Source: Octopus sinensis
Lineage: Eukaryota
Direction: 5' to 3'
DNA length: 64,000 bases
Assembly (NCBI RefSeq): GCF_006345805.1
Contig: NW_021833589.1
Location: 1 to 64,000, forward strand
Below the pieces are notes generated by a model. That model was not told the DNA's origin. It saw only the letters and a list, made by a program, of their open reading frames with translations, and did no database searches. Of the stretch, positions 24,440 to 37,598 are shown one piece after another (position 1 is the stretch's first letter; every line of letters starts with the position of its first letter). Both the position numbers and the translations under genes were made by a program.

Positions 24440-26253
24440 AACAGCTCTCGTTAGCAATGGATAAATCCGCTTTCCTACAAATCAACTCGAAAAATCATCA
24501 GATCAGAGCTCTGGGCCCCTAACCGAAATTATGCGCCCCAGTTGCATACGCTACCTGGGGCTTACAATCGACGCTAACTCGGGCTACCGTCTGCATGTCA
24601 AGAAAAAGAGAGCGAAAGCCATTGCGGCTCTCCGCCTCTTAAGAAGCATGCATCTGGATCCTAAGACATTCCTCTTCGTGTTCCATGCAACCATCCTACC
24701 CAGCTTGCTGTACGGAATGGAAGCATGGTACTACTCGAAAGATCTCGAGAAAATTTGCGGGAAATGCGAGAAAATGGCTATGCGACAACTCGCCTATAGA
24801 CGAGTTGTCGCCTAACTCGCCTAAATTTATTTGGCGACAACTCGCCTACTTAAAATAAATAAAAAATTTTATTTTTACCAGATTAAATCTAATTAATTAA
24901 AATTTCAACAATTTTTTTACTTTAATCTTTATTATGACTGACTTTGAACTGCTTAAAAGCCAAAGAAATGGCAAACTTTTACTACACCGGAACTATTTGT
25001 ATAATACAAATAGAAAAAAAGACGGTCTTACCTATTGGAGGTGCAGAAATCGAGAATGCAGGGCGAGGTGCACGGTGGATGCTCAAAACAAGTTGAGCAC
25101 AAAAAATGCTCATAACCATGGCCCCTTTGAGGATCATGAGATAAAAAGCATGAAACTATTTTCTGACCTGAAAGATGCCGCAAAGGCGTCAGAAGACAGA
25201 ACTATGAATGTGGTGTCAAGAAGCCTCATTGGAGCCAATGTTGACGTCATTAAAATATTGCCAAAGGAACGTTCATTGACTCGTCTCGTTCAACGGGAAA
25301 GAGAAACACTGATACCAAATTTTGTTCCGACCATTCCTAAAATTCCTGAAAGTTTGCGATACAGAAAATGCCTACTGTGCATTATTTGAAGAAATAAAGA
25401 CACTTGTTGTTACTTCACCAGCAATTATTTTAATTGATTTTGAAAAGGGGTTAATTAACTCCACAAAATCAGTTTTTTCGTCGTCTAATGTATTTGGCTG
25501 CAATTTCCATTTCGGCCAAATGATATGGCGGAAAATACAATGTCTTGGTCTTGTGGGAGCCTACAAAGACGTTTCATCGTGGGAACGAAAATTATTGAGG
25601 AAATGCTACCATTTAGCTTTCATCACTGTGGAAAATGTTTTATTGAAATTTGAAAAATTTTTTCTTGATGCGACAGGAATGGAGTGTCTGCGATAGACTG
25701 CAAAAAGGAACTTGAACTGAGAATAGCATGTGAAAATTTTCATGAATTTGAAGTAGATTGCTATTTTAAGCTAATTGATGGTTGATTTGCTTTAAAAGTT
25801 CAGAATAAAAAGTACTTGTTTTAAAATTTTATTTTATTTACCCTTAAAATATTTTTCTTCGTAGACGAGTTGTCGCCAATAAATTTAGGCGAGTTAGGCG
25901 ACAACTCGCCTGTAGACGAGTTGTCGCTCAACGTTACAGGCTTGACCCGCGAGGTCCCGTCCCAAGCTGGGCGGAGACCAGATCCTCGGAGATACGACAG
26001 GTCATTGAGAAATCTATCCGATCTTCCGGAAAAGAACTCAGGTGACCGACCTGTTTATCGATCGGAAACTCTCTGCACTCGTCAAAAATTAATGAACCTA
26101 CTTTATTAACTCTGGCTTACGACAGATGAATTGGACGCAAGCTCAGAAGAGTTCAGTTGCCTTGGCATCAGTCTCGTCCTATCACCGTCCTCAATTCCTG
26201 TCACTTTCTCTTTCTCTGTTAATTACAATAAACTAAATTCATTCATTCATTCA
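24440..26253 (+). mobile_element. LINE (CR1/L2-like) 3' fragment with (TTCA)n tail, interrupted by a MULE
   Basis: IRYLGLTID..ILPSLLYGMEAW. AATAAA and (TTCA)4 at 26238-26253. Confidence 0.7.
24783..25935 (+). mobile_element. FLYWCH-MULE transposon, internally deleted
   Basis: Long inverted repeats (GCGACAACTCG.. / CGAGTTGTCGC). FLYWCH TYWRC..C..HNH. IDFEKG, FGCNFHFGQ MULE core. Confidence 0.85.
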
Positions 26254-26322
26254 CAATGTTGTTTAACTATATAAAACAAAAATAACTCGTCTGAATCGGT
26301 TCTGTCTGAAATAAAAAAAAAC

Positions 26323-26439
26323 ATGGCCAGAACTGAACAAACTGCTCGAAAATCTACTGGAGCGAAAGTTTCAAGGAAACAATCTTCTCGAATCTGCAAA
26401 ATCTGCTCGCAAGTCTGTTTCACAATTTGCCATCATTGA
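26323..26439 (+). pseudogene. Histone H3 N-terminal tail fragment, copy 2
   Basis: MARTEQTARKSTGAKVSRKQ within a repeat of about 450 bp shared with 14696-15230. Confidence 0.8.
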
Positions 26440-27339
26440 GATATCCCCTCTGGTATTTACACTGTTTATAAGCTACTAGGTAGAATTGTGTTTTAATTAA
26501 AATTATCTTAATTTTTAGTTACCCAATTATTAATTGAAAACCTAATAAATTGTGGCACGTGTGAGGATTCTTTTGACATACCTTGTTGTCCTGTTACATT
26601 ATTTGGTCAATCTTTATTTTTTATTTAATTGGATTAGAAGGAATATTTTGCGATGTAGTTTCTTTTAATTAATAAATTATCTGAAATTTCATCATTTTTA
26701 ATATTTGCGAGTTTATTCTTTCAATCTGTTTATATCGTTTATTTGAAATCTTCTCATTTATCTTTATTCATTGAATTTTACCTTATTTTTTGATAGAAAG
26801 TTCTATTCTTTATATTCTTATGGCAAACTTTTATTTATTTGTTCCCGGATTTGGCGATCTTGTATTGTAGCGCCCTAAAATCTAAAATGATCAATTTCTA
26901 CCAAATTTTAATCATTATTGTTATATTTTTTTCTAGACTTTTTTTGTAAACTGAACACGAATTTAATTATTGTTATATTATGTCACGGTCCACGAGTGTG
27001 CCTATGCCGTAGGTGTGCCTCCATCGCAATTTTTTTCCGTTTTTTTGTAAATCGGTGCATCTATTATCGATTAGTCCTAAATCATTATTTATTTAGTTTT
27101 TTGTTACTTATTGGAAATATTCCAATGTCGGTGATTACAGCAACAATAAAAATACTGAAAGTATCACAATTTAAATATTTATATATTTCCTGATTTTATA
27201 AAATATGTTTTTAATAACTAATATATATAAAAAAATTGAGTAAAAAATTTTTTAATTAAAAAAAATCTATAAGGATGGATTGACCCTAACTCTAACCCTA
27301 AGGGTGCATTAACTCTAAAACCTAATCATTTAAAATTAC

Positions 27340-28075
27340 AAAAGAATGTTTTTATAATTTTTTTAATTGTGAAAAATGTTTTTTTACCAAAATCCCCTCA
27401 TCATTCTCAACTTCATAGTTGTCGCCATTCTGTTTCACAACTTTATATATAGTCGTATCCACCTGGTCGTAAAGCGGCATCGTTCGATGTGCCGGATTTG
27501 TGTTAAAATCTCCTCTTATGAGGACAGAATCACCACTTCCTATACACGTTTCATCATCCTTCCATCTCCTTCTTTTTTGCATTTTTTCCCCTGCCCTGAT
27601 TGTGTTCCTCAATGCACCATGACATGCCTATCAACATGCATTAAAATAAATTACCTGAACTACTTCCACCTTGGGTTCAAACGCAATGAGATTATTTAAA
27701 TCATCGCAATTAATTTTTGGAGGATACTGGCAGCCAGTAAAAAGTAAGAATGGAGTTTTTTGTGTTGTCTCGTGGACGGTCGTATTGTATCTGAATACGA
27801 TCCTTCCAAGAAATGGCATATAATCCCAAATGTTCCTTCTGACGCACTTGTTGAAGACAACCATCTTTTAATCGACTGATTAAATCTATTGAATGAATAC
27901 TAAAATTATACCTTTCAACTTGTCCCTGAACCCATGGTCCACGAGGACGCCCAAAAACATGTTTGGTCCCAAACTCCTCACAAAACTTAACCATTTTTGA
28001 GTTTTTAAACTCTTTTCCATTATCTGTATGCAGTATGAGGGGAGGACCATTCGTATAAAAGATTTTCCTGATAAG
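27340..28075 (-). pseudogene. Ginger-type integrase remnant
   Basis: LHTDNGKEF, FGRPRGPWVQGQVERYN, YNTTVHETTQKTPF, GDSVLI. Confidence 0.85.
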
Positions 28076-28092
28076 ATTTACAATTAGAGAAC

Positions 28093-28149
28093 GAAAATAA
28101 TTATCGCAATCTAAAGCTACTGATGATCGAGAAGACGTTGCCCCTCAGG
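28093..28149 (-). mobile_element. CRE retrotransposon terminal 57 nt
   Basis: 52/57 identical to 10892-10948, the 3' end of the CRE at 8309-10984. The first 30 nt are identical. Confidence 0.92.
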
Positions 28150-28974
28150 TTGGGAGCAAGGGGAGGACTGGAAAATGTTGTTCAGAATTGCTTCGTCAAA
28201 TTTAAGAAAGCGCATGTACACATTTAAGGAATCTGGTTTGGATAAGAAACCTTGAACGAGAGTTGCAAGCTGACTTCGCGAACCGGCCTGAAAAGTCTCA
28301 GAACTGAAAGGAAGAAGCGCATCATGTGAACGAGCGATCGAGTTATCAAATAAAACGTTCTCCGTAAGCCGTTGTAGGTCTCGGTAGCGCTCAATGGTTC
28401 TATCATTCCTTTGAATTGAATGTAGATCTGACGCTAAGTACATCTTGAGGTAAATGCTTCCGAAGTTTGGTAGAAGATTCGCCGTAGATGGGTCCCAGAA
28501 ATAGTTTCTGTGAGCCGACTGCGAACGGTCAATTAGGGGGAGGAAAAGACGGAGGCGGAGATCCTGCTTCTGAATTGAAAAATCGCCGATGGCGTTCTTC
28601 CATTCCAAGAAGTAATCAGGAAAATGAAGATCTCGGATATTGAGACCTCGATAACTATCAAGTACTTGCTGGATTTCCGGGTCGAATGCATGGCTTTGGT
28701 AGGCTTCCAGAATCAGGTACATCACACAGTGTGCTATGTAAAGCTGGCATCCCGCGAGGGTACAATCAGATAGACGCTGCTGTGGAACAATGCTCATCAC
28801 TACGGAATAAATTCGAGAAATGAGTGGTCCGAAAAAGAATGTATCTGGAGTATAGTCTATCCATGTTATGGTCGACGTCGGTGAACAAAAAGATTTTGAA
28901 TCGGCCAACAATATGAAAGGGGTGAGATTTACTTCGTAACTCTTTCGTTGTGCCTTGATCATATCGCCTTTCAT
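28117..28974 (-). other. Virus-like ORF (285 aa), tentatively partitivirus-like capsid; last 10 codons come from the CRE tail
   Basis: No TE motifs. The IDYTP..IYSVV..LYIAH..YLILEA..FPDYF..AIGDF..LPNFG pattern recalls partiti-like capsids. Contiguous with the N-like gene. Confidence 0.45.
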
Positions 28975-30149
28975 CTCGTTTCCTCCTGATGGAGGTCACG
29001 TTCAAAAAGCCATTAACCATAGCCTGAGGATTAGGCGTGATTGACCTAGAGAACATGAATTTAGGGTGCTTTATCATTGCCGCTATTGCACTCGTACACA
29101 TAAAGTATCCAGGCAGCGACATAGAGCTAAAAGCAGAGGCTTTAACAAGGCCTAATCCCTTCTAATAAATGCATAAGTGATCCGGATTTAGGACTTCAAA
29201 ACAATGCCCTATGAACCTACTCACTTCATTTACATGAGCAGATGCAAATAGAGATTCTACCATTACAGCTCTTTCCAGCTCCCTTGGGAACGCTGCACAT
29301 AGTGATACTACACGTGACAATACTGCATTCCCTGCATTGTAGAAAGGGATAGTACAGAATCGTAGTGCAGACATCGGATCTTCAGGACATGTGTACAACA
29401 TTTTGTCCAAGAGACAGCAAAGCTTATCTAATCCTCTGTCTGGTAGATACTTTTGGTACATTTTCAAGACCAAAGACCTCTCAGGCTGGTATGCTGGGTC
29501 CAAATTGCGCATCACGGTGTGGTATCTGTCCATGAGAGGATCTACTGCATCCGGGTTTCTTTCGGCTGCATGAGCAAATCTTACAGGCGAGAGCGCTTTC
29601 ATTAAGGCAACTCTCCACTCTTCAAGTGTTGCTCTTCCTCCTTCTGCACCAGACTCCCAAATTCATGGCCATCTTTGCTGTTCTGACTTTGAAACCTTTT
29701 TCAACTAAGGAATATTCTGTGATATCCTGATACTCTTCAGTGATTTCAATGTCTCCAAAATTCGCGGGAGCATCAAATGTATAGTTTATTAAGAAGATAG
29801 CTAGACTGGATGTCACTAAATCCTGGTTAAAGTCAGTCATTCGACTCAAAGTATTTATTATCGCTTGATCGTCCTTCGTATATTTGTATTTTAGCTCTAT
29901 CATAAATGGTCTATATTCGCGAGCGAAGGTGCCAACCTCCATCTTAACATTCATGATCGGCCCTCCACTCATGTACACTTTCTGATAACTAGGGTTATCC
30001 CAGTCATTGTCTTTGGGTTGTAAAAATTCCCCGAGAGGAATTGTGCGAGGTTTTATTTCATCTCCTTCTCTCAGACCGTGTACCTTTTCTATCTGTTGAT
30101 ATTCACTTTCTCCAATTGAATCTTTTACAAAATCTGCGAAGTTTCTCAT
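28975..30149 (-). pseudogene. Endogenous rhabdovirus-like nucleoprotein (N)
   Basis: ORFs 29622-30149, 29162-29602 and 28766-29122 join via one frameshift (about 29660) and one in-frame TAG (29162). Motifs LDKMLY..RFCTI and Y*KGLGLVKASAFSS match rhabdovirus N DMFF..RYGTI and YxxxGLSxKSPYSS with near-identical spacing, as recalled from VSV N. Confidence 0.75.
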
Positions 30150-30159
30150 ATATGATGAC

Positions 30160-30504
30160 TAGGGCAACCGGAAAGTTGCTTATAATAATGTAAAAAATTG
30201 ACCTTAAAAGTCAACTAAATTGCTTTAAAAAATAAAAAAGTTGACTTAATATGCATAAAAAGTTGCCCTAAGAAACAGAAATTTATTTATTAAAGCATAA
30301 CATTAAATAATATTTAACATTTTCAGGTAGGAAATTTCTATCTTTGGTTAAAATTTTGTGAAGAATAGAAAATGATCTTTCTACTTCACACGATGTTGCC
30401 GGACAATCCAATAATAATGCGTGGTGAAATGGAGTAATTGGTAGCTTAGATAACTCCATTATTTTGAAAATGTCGTTTCTTGAAATTCGTAAGCTTATCT
30501 CCGA
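30160..30504 (-). mobile_element. hAT 3' end (hATC remnant + TAGGGCAACC terminus)
   Basis: PATSCEVERSFS..RNF..ENV. The same terminus type occurs at 34945-34954 and about 49126. Confidence 0.75.
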
Positions 30505-32538
30505 AGTGACCACCACTCAATGATAATGAGAATGAACTGTTCTCCACATCCCATACTGAAACCAACTTATTTCTATGATTACGAAAACGCAGATTGGAAT
30601 GCTTTCGCAAAGTACGTCGATTCAAGGCTCCAGAACTTCCACCCTGAGAATTTTTCTTCCTTGGACAGAGCAGTGGAAAGCTTCAACAAAACTATCATAG
30701 ATGCAAGGAATTTGATTATCAGAAGAGCATGTATAAGAAGTGGGAGCTCAAAATATGATTCAAGAACAAAAAAACTAATCAGAGAAAGAATCAGCCTCAA
30801 GAAAAGAAAGTATCGACCCAAAGGAATCATCGATCGAATCAGGGCTCTAAACATGCTTATTACGAATAATACCAACCAAGTCCAAAGGAAGAAGCTCAGC
30901 CGAATCTCTAGAGCTATGAATAAACAAGCCTCTATTTCGACCATGTGGACGATGTTGAGACGCTTGAAGAATCCTGACGAGCGTAAAACAGAAACATACC
31001 AGCTCAATCTAAACAATTTTATGAAACACTGTGTCAAGATTAGTCATATTCCTTATAAAAAAATGAACTCACAGCCAAGATTAAAATCAAAGCCATCCAA
31101 AGGGCCCCCGACGACTTATTTTCTTCCTGAAGAGGTGTCTGAAACAATCTCGAATCAGAAGAAAACAAACTCATGTGGACCGGATGGAATTCCACTTAAT
31201 CTACTAAAACACTTGGGCCCTGTTTCAATAAATGCTTTAACCACGATCTATAACACGTCATTAATCACGAACGCTATACCGAACTTATAGAAACTATCAA
31301 AAATCCGGCCAATATTAAAACCTGGAAGACCGAAGAACGACCCCGGCTCCTATAGACCAGTATCCTTATATGTGTGTTGTCAAGAATCTTGGAAAAACTG
31401 GTCCTAAAACATATTCGACCTTTCCTCCCACAATCTACATTCCAACATGGATTCAAGGAAGGATTGTCAACGACCTCCTTCCTTACCACACTAACAGATT
31501 TCATAAATGAAGGACACAAAAATGCAGGAAAAATCGATTGTATGCACTATCGACATTGAAAAAGCGTTTGACTCCGTCCCGAGGAAGATCCTAATTCAAA
31601 AGATATTTGGTACAAATATTTCTACACCTATGAAGCTATGGATTGCGAATTTTTTGAGCGGACGTCGTGGGAAAGTGTGCGTCGGGAACGAGAGTTCAAG
31701 ATCACGCTTATTGCCCAATGGTGTACCCCAGGGTTCCTTTTTATCCCCGACCCTCTTAAACTTGTTTCTGAATGATCTCCCGGCTCCTATGGATAATAAT
31801 GACATACTACTCTCCTATGCCGATGACATAGTTGTCGCATCTAGGGATGTAAATGTCGAATACGCGAAGGAAAGACTACAAAGAATACTGAACTACTTAT
31901 ATAGATGGCTATATGAAAACAGACTACATGCATGTTCCGAAAAGTCAGCAGTCACTCTATTCAAGAAAAATAGGAAGATGGGGACGAAAACTATTGATGT
32001 CACGTTGAACGGAATTCCAATACCACAAAAGAAAACACAGAAGATATTGGGAGTAACGCTTGATACTTTCCTCTGTTTTTCACCTCACGTAGAATCGATC
32101 GTATCAACCTGTATAAAGAAGATCAATTTTGTAAAAGCCTTCCTTTGGAACTGTGGGAGAACTTATCCGCCAGGGGTAGAGACCCTTTACAATCAGTATA
32201 TCGAGCCAACAATAGGCTATGCATGTGCTGCTTGGGGCTGTAACCTGGCGGCAACGAACCGGCTAAAAATCGAAAAAATTCAAGAAAGATCTATCAACCT
32301 ACTGAAGGACCACGCCGATAGGGAAATTGTCCATAGAACACTGGAGTCTCTCGTAGAGGCAAATGGGGGGGATCGTGGAAATGGACCACAAACCATTCAC
32401 CGTACATACAGAAAGTGTGTGGGGTCACGGTCGGAACATCGTGAAAAGATGCCTCGATTGTTGAGAAGTGTCGGAATCACCTGAACGTGTTAGTTAATTG
32501 GTTAAGACGGTGATTCTGTTTGGCTTAAATAATAATAA
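30505..32538 (+). mobile_element. APE-LINE 3' half (SDH + RT + TAA tail)
   Basis: SDHHSM, CGPDGIP, YRPVSL, DIEKAFDSV, GVPQGSFLSP, YADD. One stop and one frameshift. (TAA)n at about 32527-32538. Confidence 0.9.
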
Positions 32539-32579
32539 TGTAACTATCAAAATATATCAAATAATCATATAACTCTCTT

Positions 32580-32845
32580 AGGAGATACAGAAGACATGAT
32601 ACGAAGAAAATCACTTGCAACTTTCGCGCTCAAAAGATTAAACAACATATGGTTGAGAGGCAAAAAAATTTCTGCGTTTTTAAAAATCAAACTTTACAAT
32701 ATGTTCGTAAAACCAGTCCTACTGTACAACTCCTCCTCTTGGGCACTCACAGTGCATGAAATGGAAAATCTCAATTCCTTCCACAGAATGCAGCTGAAAT
32801 ACATCCTAGGAATCTTTTGGCCAAAACGGATTTCAAAAGATTAAA
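32580..32845 (+). mobile_element. RTE RT C-terminal fragment
   Basis: KIKLYNMFVKPVLLYNSSSW..FHRMQL..WPKRIS. Confidence 0.75.
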
Positions 32846-33619
32846 CAACAAAACGGATTTCAACATCAATATTCTTAGTAATATTGAAAACAATTGAATA
32901 TATTGAATAACTTTGGACTTGGAAAAATGCAGTTTTTTAGAAAAATTTGAAATTGTAGATGTGGTCTGGCAAATGGACGGTGACGGATGTGATTGTTAGA
33001 TGCGCAATATGTGATTCAGCATTCACAAAAGTATACATTCGGTATTTTATTCTCTGGGTTAAAATCCAGTTACAGGCGAATCCTCTTTTTGTACGCAAAG
33101 TTATTATATAATTTAGTTTGGACGGTATATAAAATAAAGATTAAATTAAAGAAAAAAATCAACAGATTGTATTCAACAATACTGTCTTTATATACAAACT
33201 AAATCAAAAAATGCACTAATCACTGTTAATAATGTTTATCAGCATTTATAGATGCCTTCAAATCGACTCCCTTCGTATAAGAGAAGATTAAAAGAACCAA
33301 TAAACATAACAATAATGAATAGACAAAAATAAACAGAAAATAAAAAAAATTGTAAATAAGTTAGTAATAATAAGAATACTGTGTACAAATTTAATTTTTA
33401 TAAATACAAAATTTCATAGTGCATCACAAGAAAAACTAATAATAAGCGTGAAAACACGCCGGTATAATTGATTGTTTATGTATCAATTATTTTTTAATTC
33501 GAATTAATTATAAAGTATAATAAATAACAAAAAATGTCACCCTTTTAGTGAGGGTGCGAGATGCCTCTTTTTTTCCGTTCAACAATTAAGAAAAATGTTT
33601 AGATAGCAGAAGATATAGG

Positions 33620-34760
33620 AGAATATGCTTGCCCTAAAGATTCTTACGTTCAATGCAAGAGGAATATCTAAGCCCCCTCGAGAAATATTTTCTTTCACGA
33701 CCTAGAAAGATATATAGTTTTTATTGGATGTATAAACGTGGAAAAATGGTAAAAAACCCGACCGAACTGGATGAATTTTACTCAGCATTATCAAAAACGT
33801 ATAACGAATATGAGCCTTCCTCACTTATATACAAAAAAGAACTCAGAAGATACCTTCATGGGAAGACAGTGCAAAGATACATGCTTTGGCCCATACTTGG
33901 CCATTTCTGGACAGTAAATAAACTGTTCTTGTGCCGCATTCTTCCATCATTCATACCACATAACCACTTGGATGGGCGAACGAAGAAATAAAGATGGAAA
34001 GCTAGTCTCTACATACAACCAAATTGATTATATTATATGCCGGATTAATACCTCATATGAAGATTTAGTCAGTGATCACGGAGTGGTTATTGTCACCTCC
34101 AGCATGGCCAAACATAAGAAACATAACAACATTACAAACAATGTTATTGAGAACACAAAAAGTGGATATGCAACAGAAATTACAAAAAATATTTGCTCCC
34201 ATCTGAAGAACCAAACAGTAGGAATTTCGTGGGATGGGATTAGCACATAATAAAAGAAGTAGAAAGCTATTCACGCGGGAGACGGCCAGTACGGATCGGA
34301 CGGTACATACAGAACTAGCAAAGGAGTTAAAAGAAATCCATACACAGAAACTAAACGAAAAAGACTATAACAAAAGAAAAGCCCTTCAGGGGCAGAGGGA
34401 CCAGATCCGTAGAAAAATCAGAGGACTGAGCAAAAGATCTGCTCCGCAAAATTAAAGGGTTATTTAAACTAAAAGATAATTCACAAATGTATGTGGGCAC
34501 TCGTTTATTACGACACGTAAACCAGAAATAACGAATAATCATCAAGGATAAAAATGGCAAAACTTTACTGAATGCTGAGGAGCAGGTGGAGATAATTGCA
34601 ACACATTTTGAGAAATTTTTCAATGTGATTAAAGACCCCTAACTAATTACAATTTTGGAAATAAAAACAGCATGTTAAAAACTAAAAAATAACGAAATCC
34701 CTGGACTAGATACAATAAATCCAGAATTTAAAATATGGCCCTTTCTCCCTTTGTGAAAAA
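33620..34760 (+). mobile_element. RTE endonuclease / pre-RT remnant
   Basis: TTWMGE..YNQIDYIICR..SDHGVV, and a degraded PGLDTI region. Confidence 0.7.
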
Positions 34761-35405
34761 ATCGCTACACTACTAACTGAATGTTTTCAACTAACTCAAC
34801 TTATTAATCATTGAAAGAATGAATATTTATTTGACCTAAATGACACATTAATTTTACAAAATCATAAGTAATACCCCTATAATTTAATTTTTATTTTTAA
34901 CAAAAATCAGACAAATTCGAATTAGAGAGACATTATTGACTTTTGGTTGCCCTAGTCATTAGGTATGTTGTCCCCCAGTTTCTTCGCAAGATCTCCTCAA
35001 AAGTGGGAGAGTTTTGTAGATTATTGATTAAATTTCTGAAATTTTTCCCGAATTTCCCCACGCTGTGCAGGCGTAACTAATTGTGGGTTCCATGTACTGC
35101 TTATAGACGGTTTGGCGAGTGGCGAGGCTCTCCACTGTCTTTATTTTCAAAGGAAAACTCTAAGTATGAAGATGGCATATTCTTTGACAAATCCGCAATG
35201 ATTTGTGTAAACACTCGTATTGGTGGAAATTATTCTTTCTGGGTATATAATAAAAACCGTGGTGTGATCCCCTGAAGTAAATTTAATTAACTAAAAAGAG
35301 AAATCGCCAAAAAAATCTAGCTATTTAAAATCAATTAAATCAGAATTAAAATTTAAAAGGAAAAAAACTCAATAAATGAGCCAATAATAACGAGAAATCA
35401 ATGAA

Positions 35406-36861
<1,456 letters not shown>

Positions 36862-37109
36862 TTCCTAGTTTAATATTATAAAAATGATGTTTTTATGTTA
36901 ATTATAATTAATATTTTGTATATTCATTGACAAAAGTATTATATGATAACACCACATCAACTTCTTCATCCATTAAAAGAATGCTGCTTTGTAATAATAT
37001 TTCTTTAATATTATCTAAAATAACTTTTATCAAAAATAAAAAAAGTGTGAAAGTGCGATTCCTCAAATATTGACGCAAATTTAAAGCTGACTTGAGAATT
37101 TCAGTAGTG

Positions 37110-37580
37110 GTCGTATAAGACAAGCTTGGGATGAAAATAGATCTTTCATATTAAGACTATTATCAAATGAGGTTTCTCAGGGTTCTCAATTATCTCCAAT
37201 CCTATTTAATCTCATGATGAGGATCTATCACGGCCAGAAGATGACAATAATCTGTTATTATATTAAGAAATAGGAGTATAATAGCAGAAACGCAAAGAAC
37301 ACAAGATAACCCTAATAATTTGAGTTCGTGGTATATAAAAAAGAATTGGAAGCAAGTCCGGAAAAATCTATTTTGATTTTGTTCACGAAAAACAGAATGC
37401 TTTAAAAAGCTTCAATTGAAGCAAAGTTGGACGGGACAATTATACCTCAGAAAAAAACCCAGAAGATTGTAGGAGTTACCTTTGACATCTTCCAAACTTT
37501 TTCAACCCATGTCAAAAATATAGTTATGGCGTGTACAATAAACGTTAATTTCCAGAATTTTTTCTGGAGAACGAAAGAAA
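37110..37580 (+). mobile_element. Degraded LINE RT, same family as 30505-32538
   Basis: SQGSQLSP and IPQKKTQKIVGVTFD. Confidence 0.7.
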
Positions 37581-37598
37581 ATACTAAAGCCTATATGG

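Noticed and set aside
27284-27330. Interstitial telomere (CCCTAA-like units)
   Set aside because: Only 2-3 degenerate units; probably subterminal sequence of the adjacent integrase element.
29162-29164. Stop-codon readthrough or an alternative genetic code at the in-frame TAG of the N-like gene
   Set aside because: PSMC3 ends in TAG and the same gene also has a frameshift, so decay is the simpler explanation.
30160-34954. A single hAT spanning both TAGGGCAACC termini
   Set aside because: The flanks are not direct repeats, and the LINE junction at 30505 indicates a rearrangement between them.
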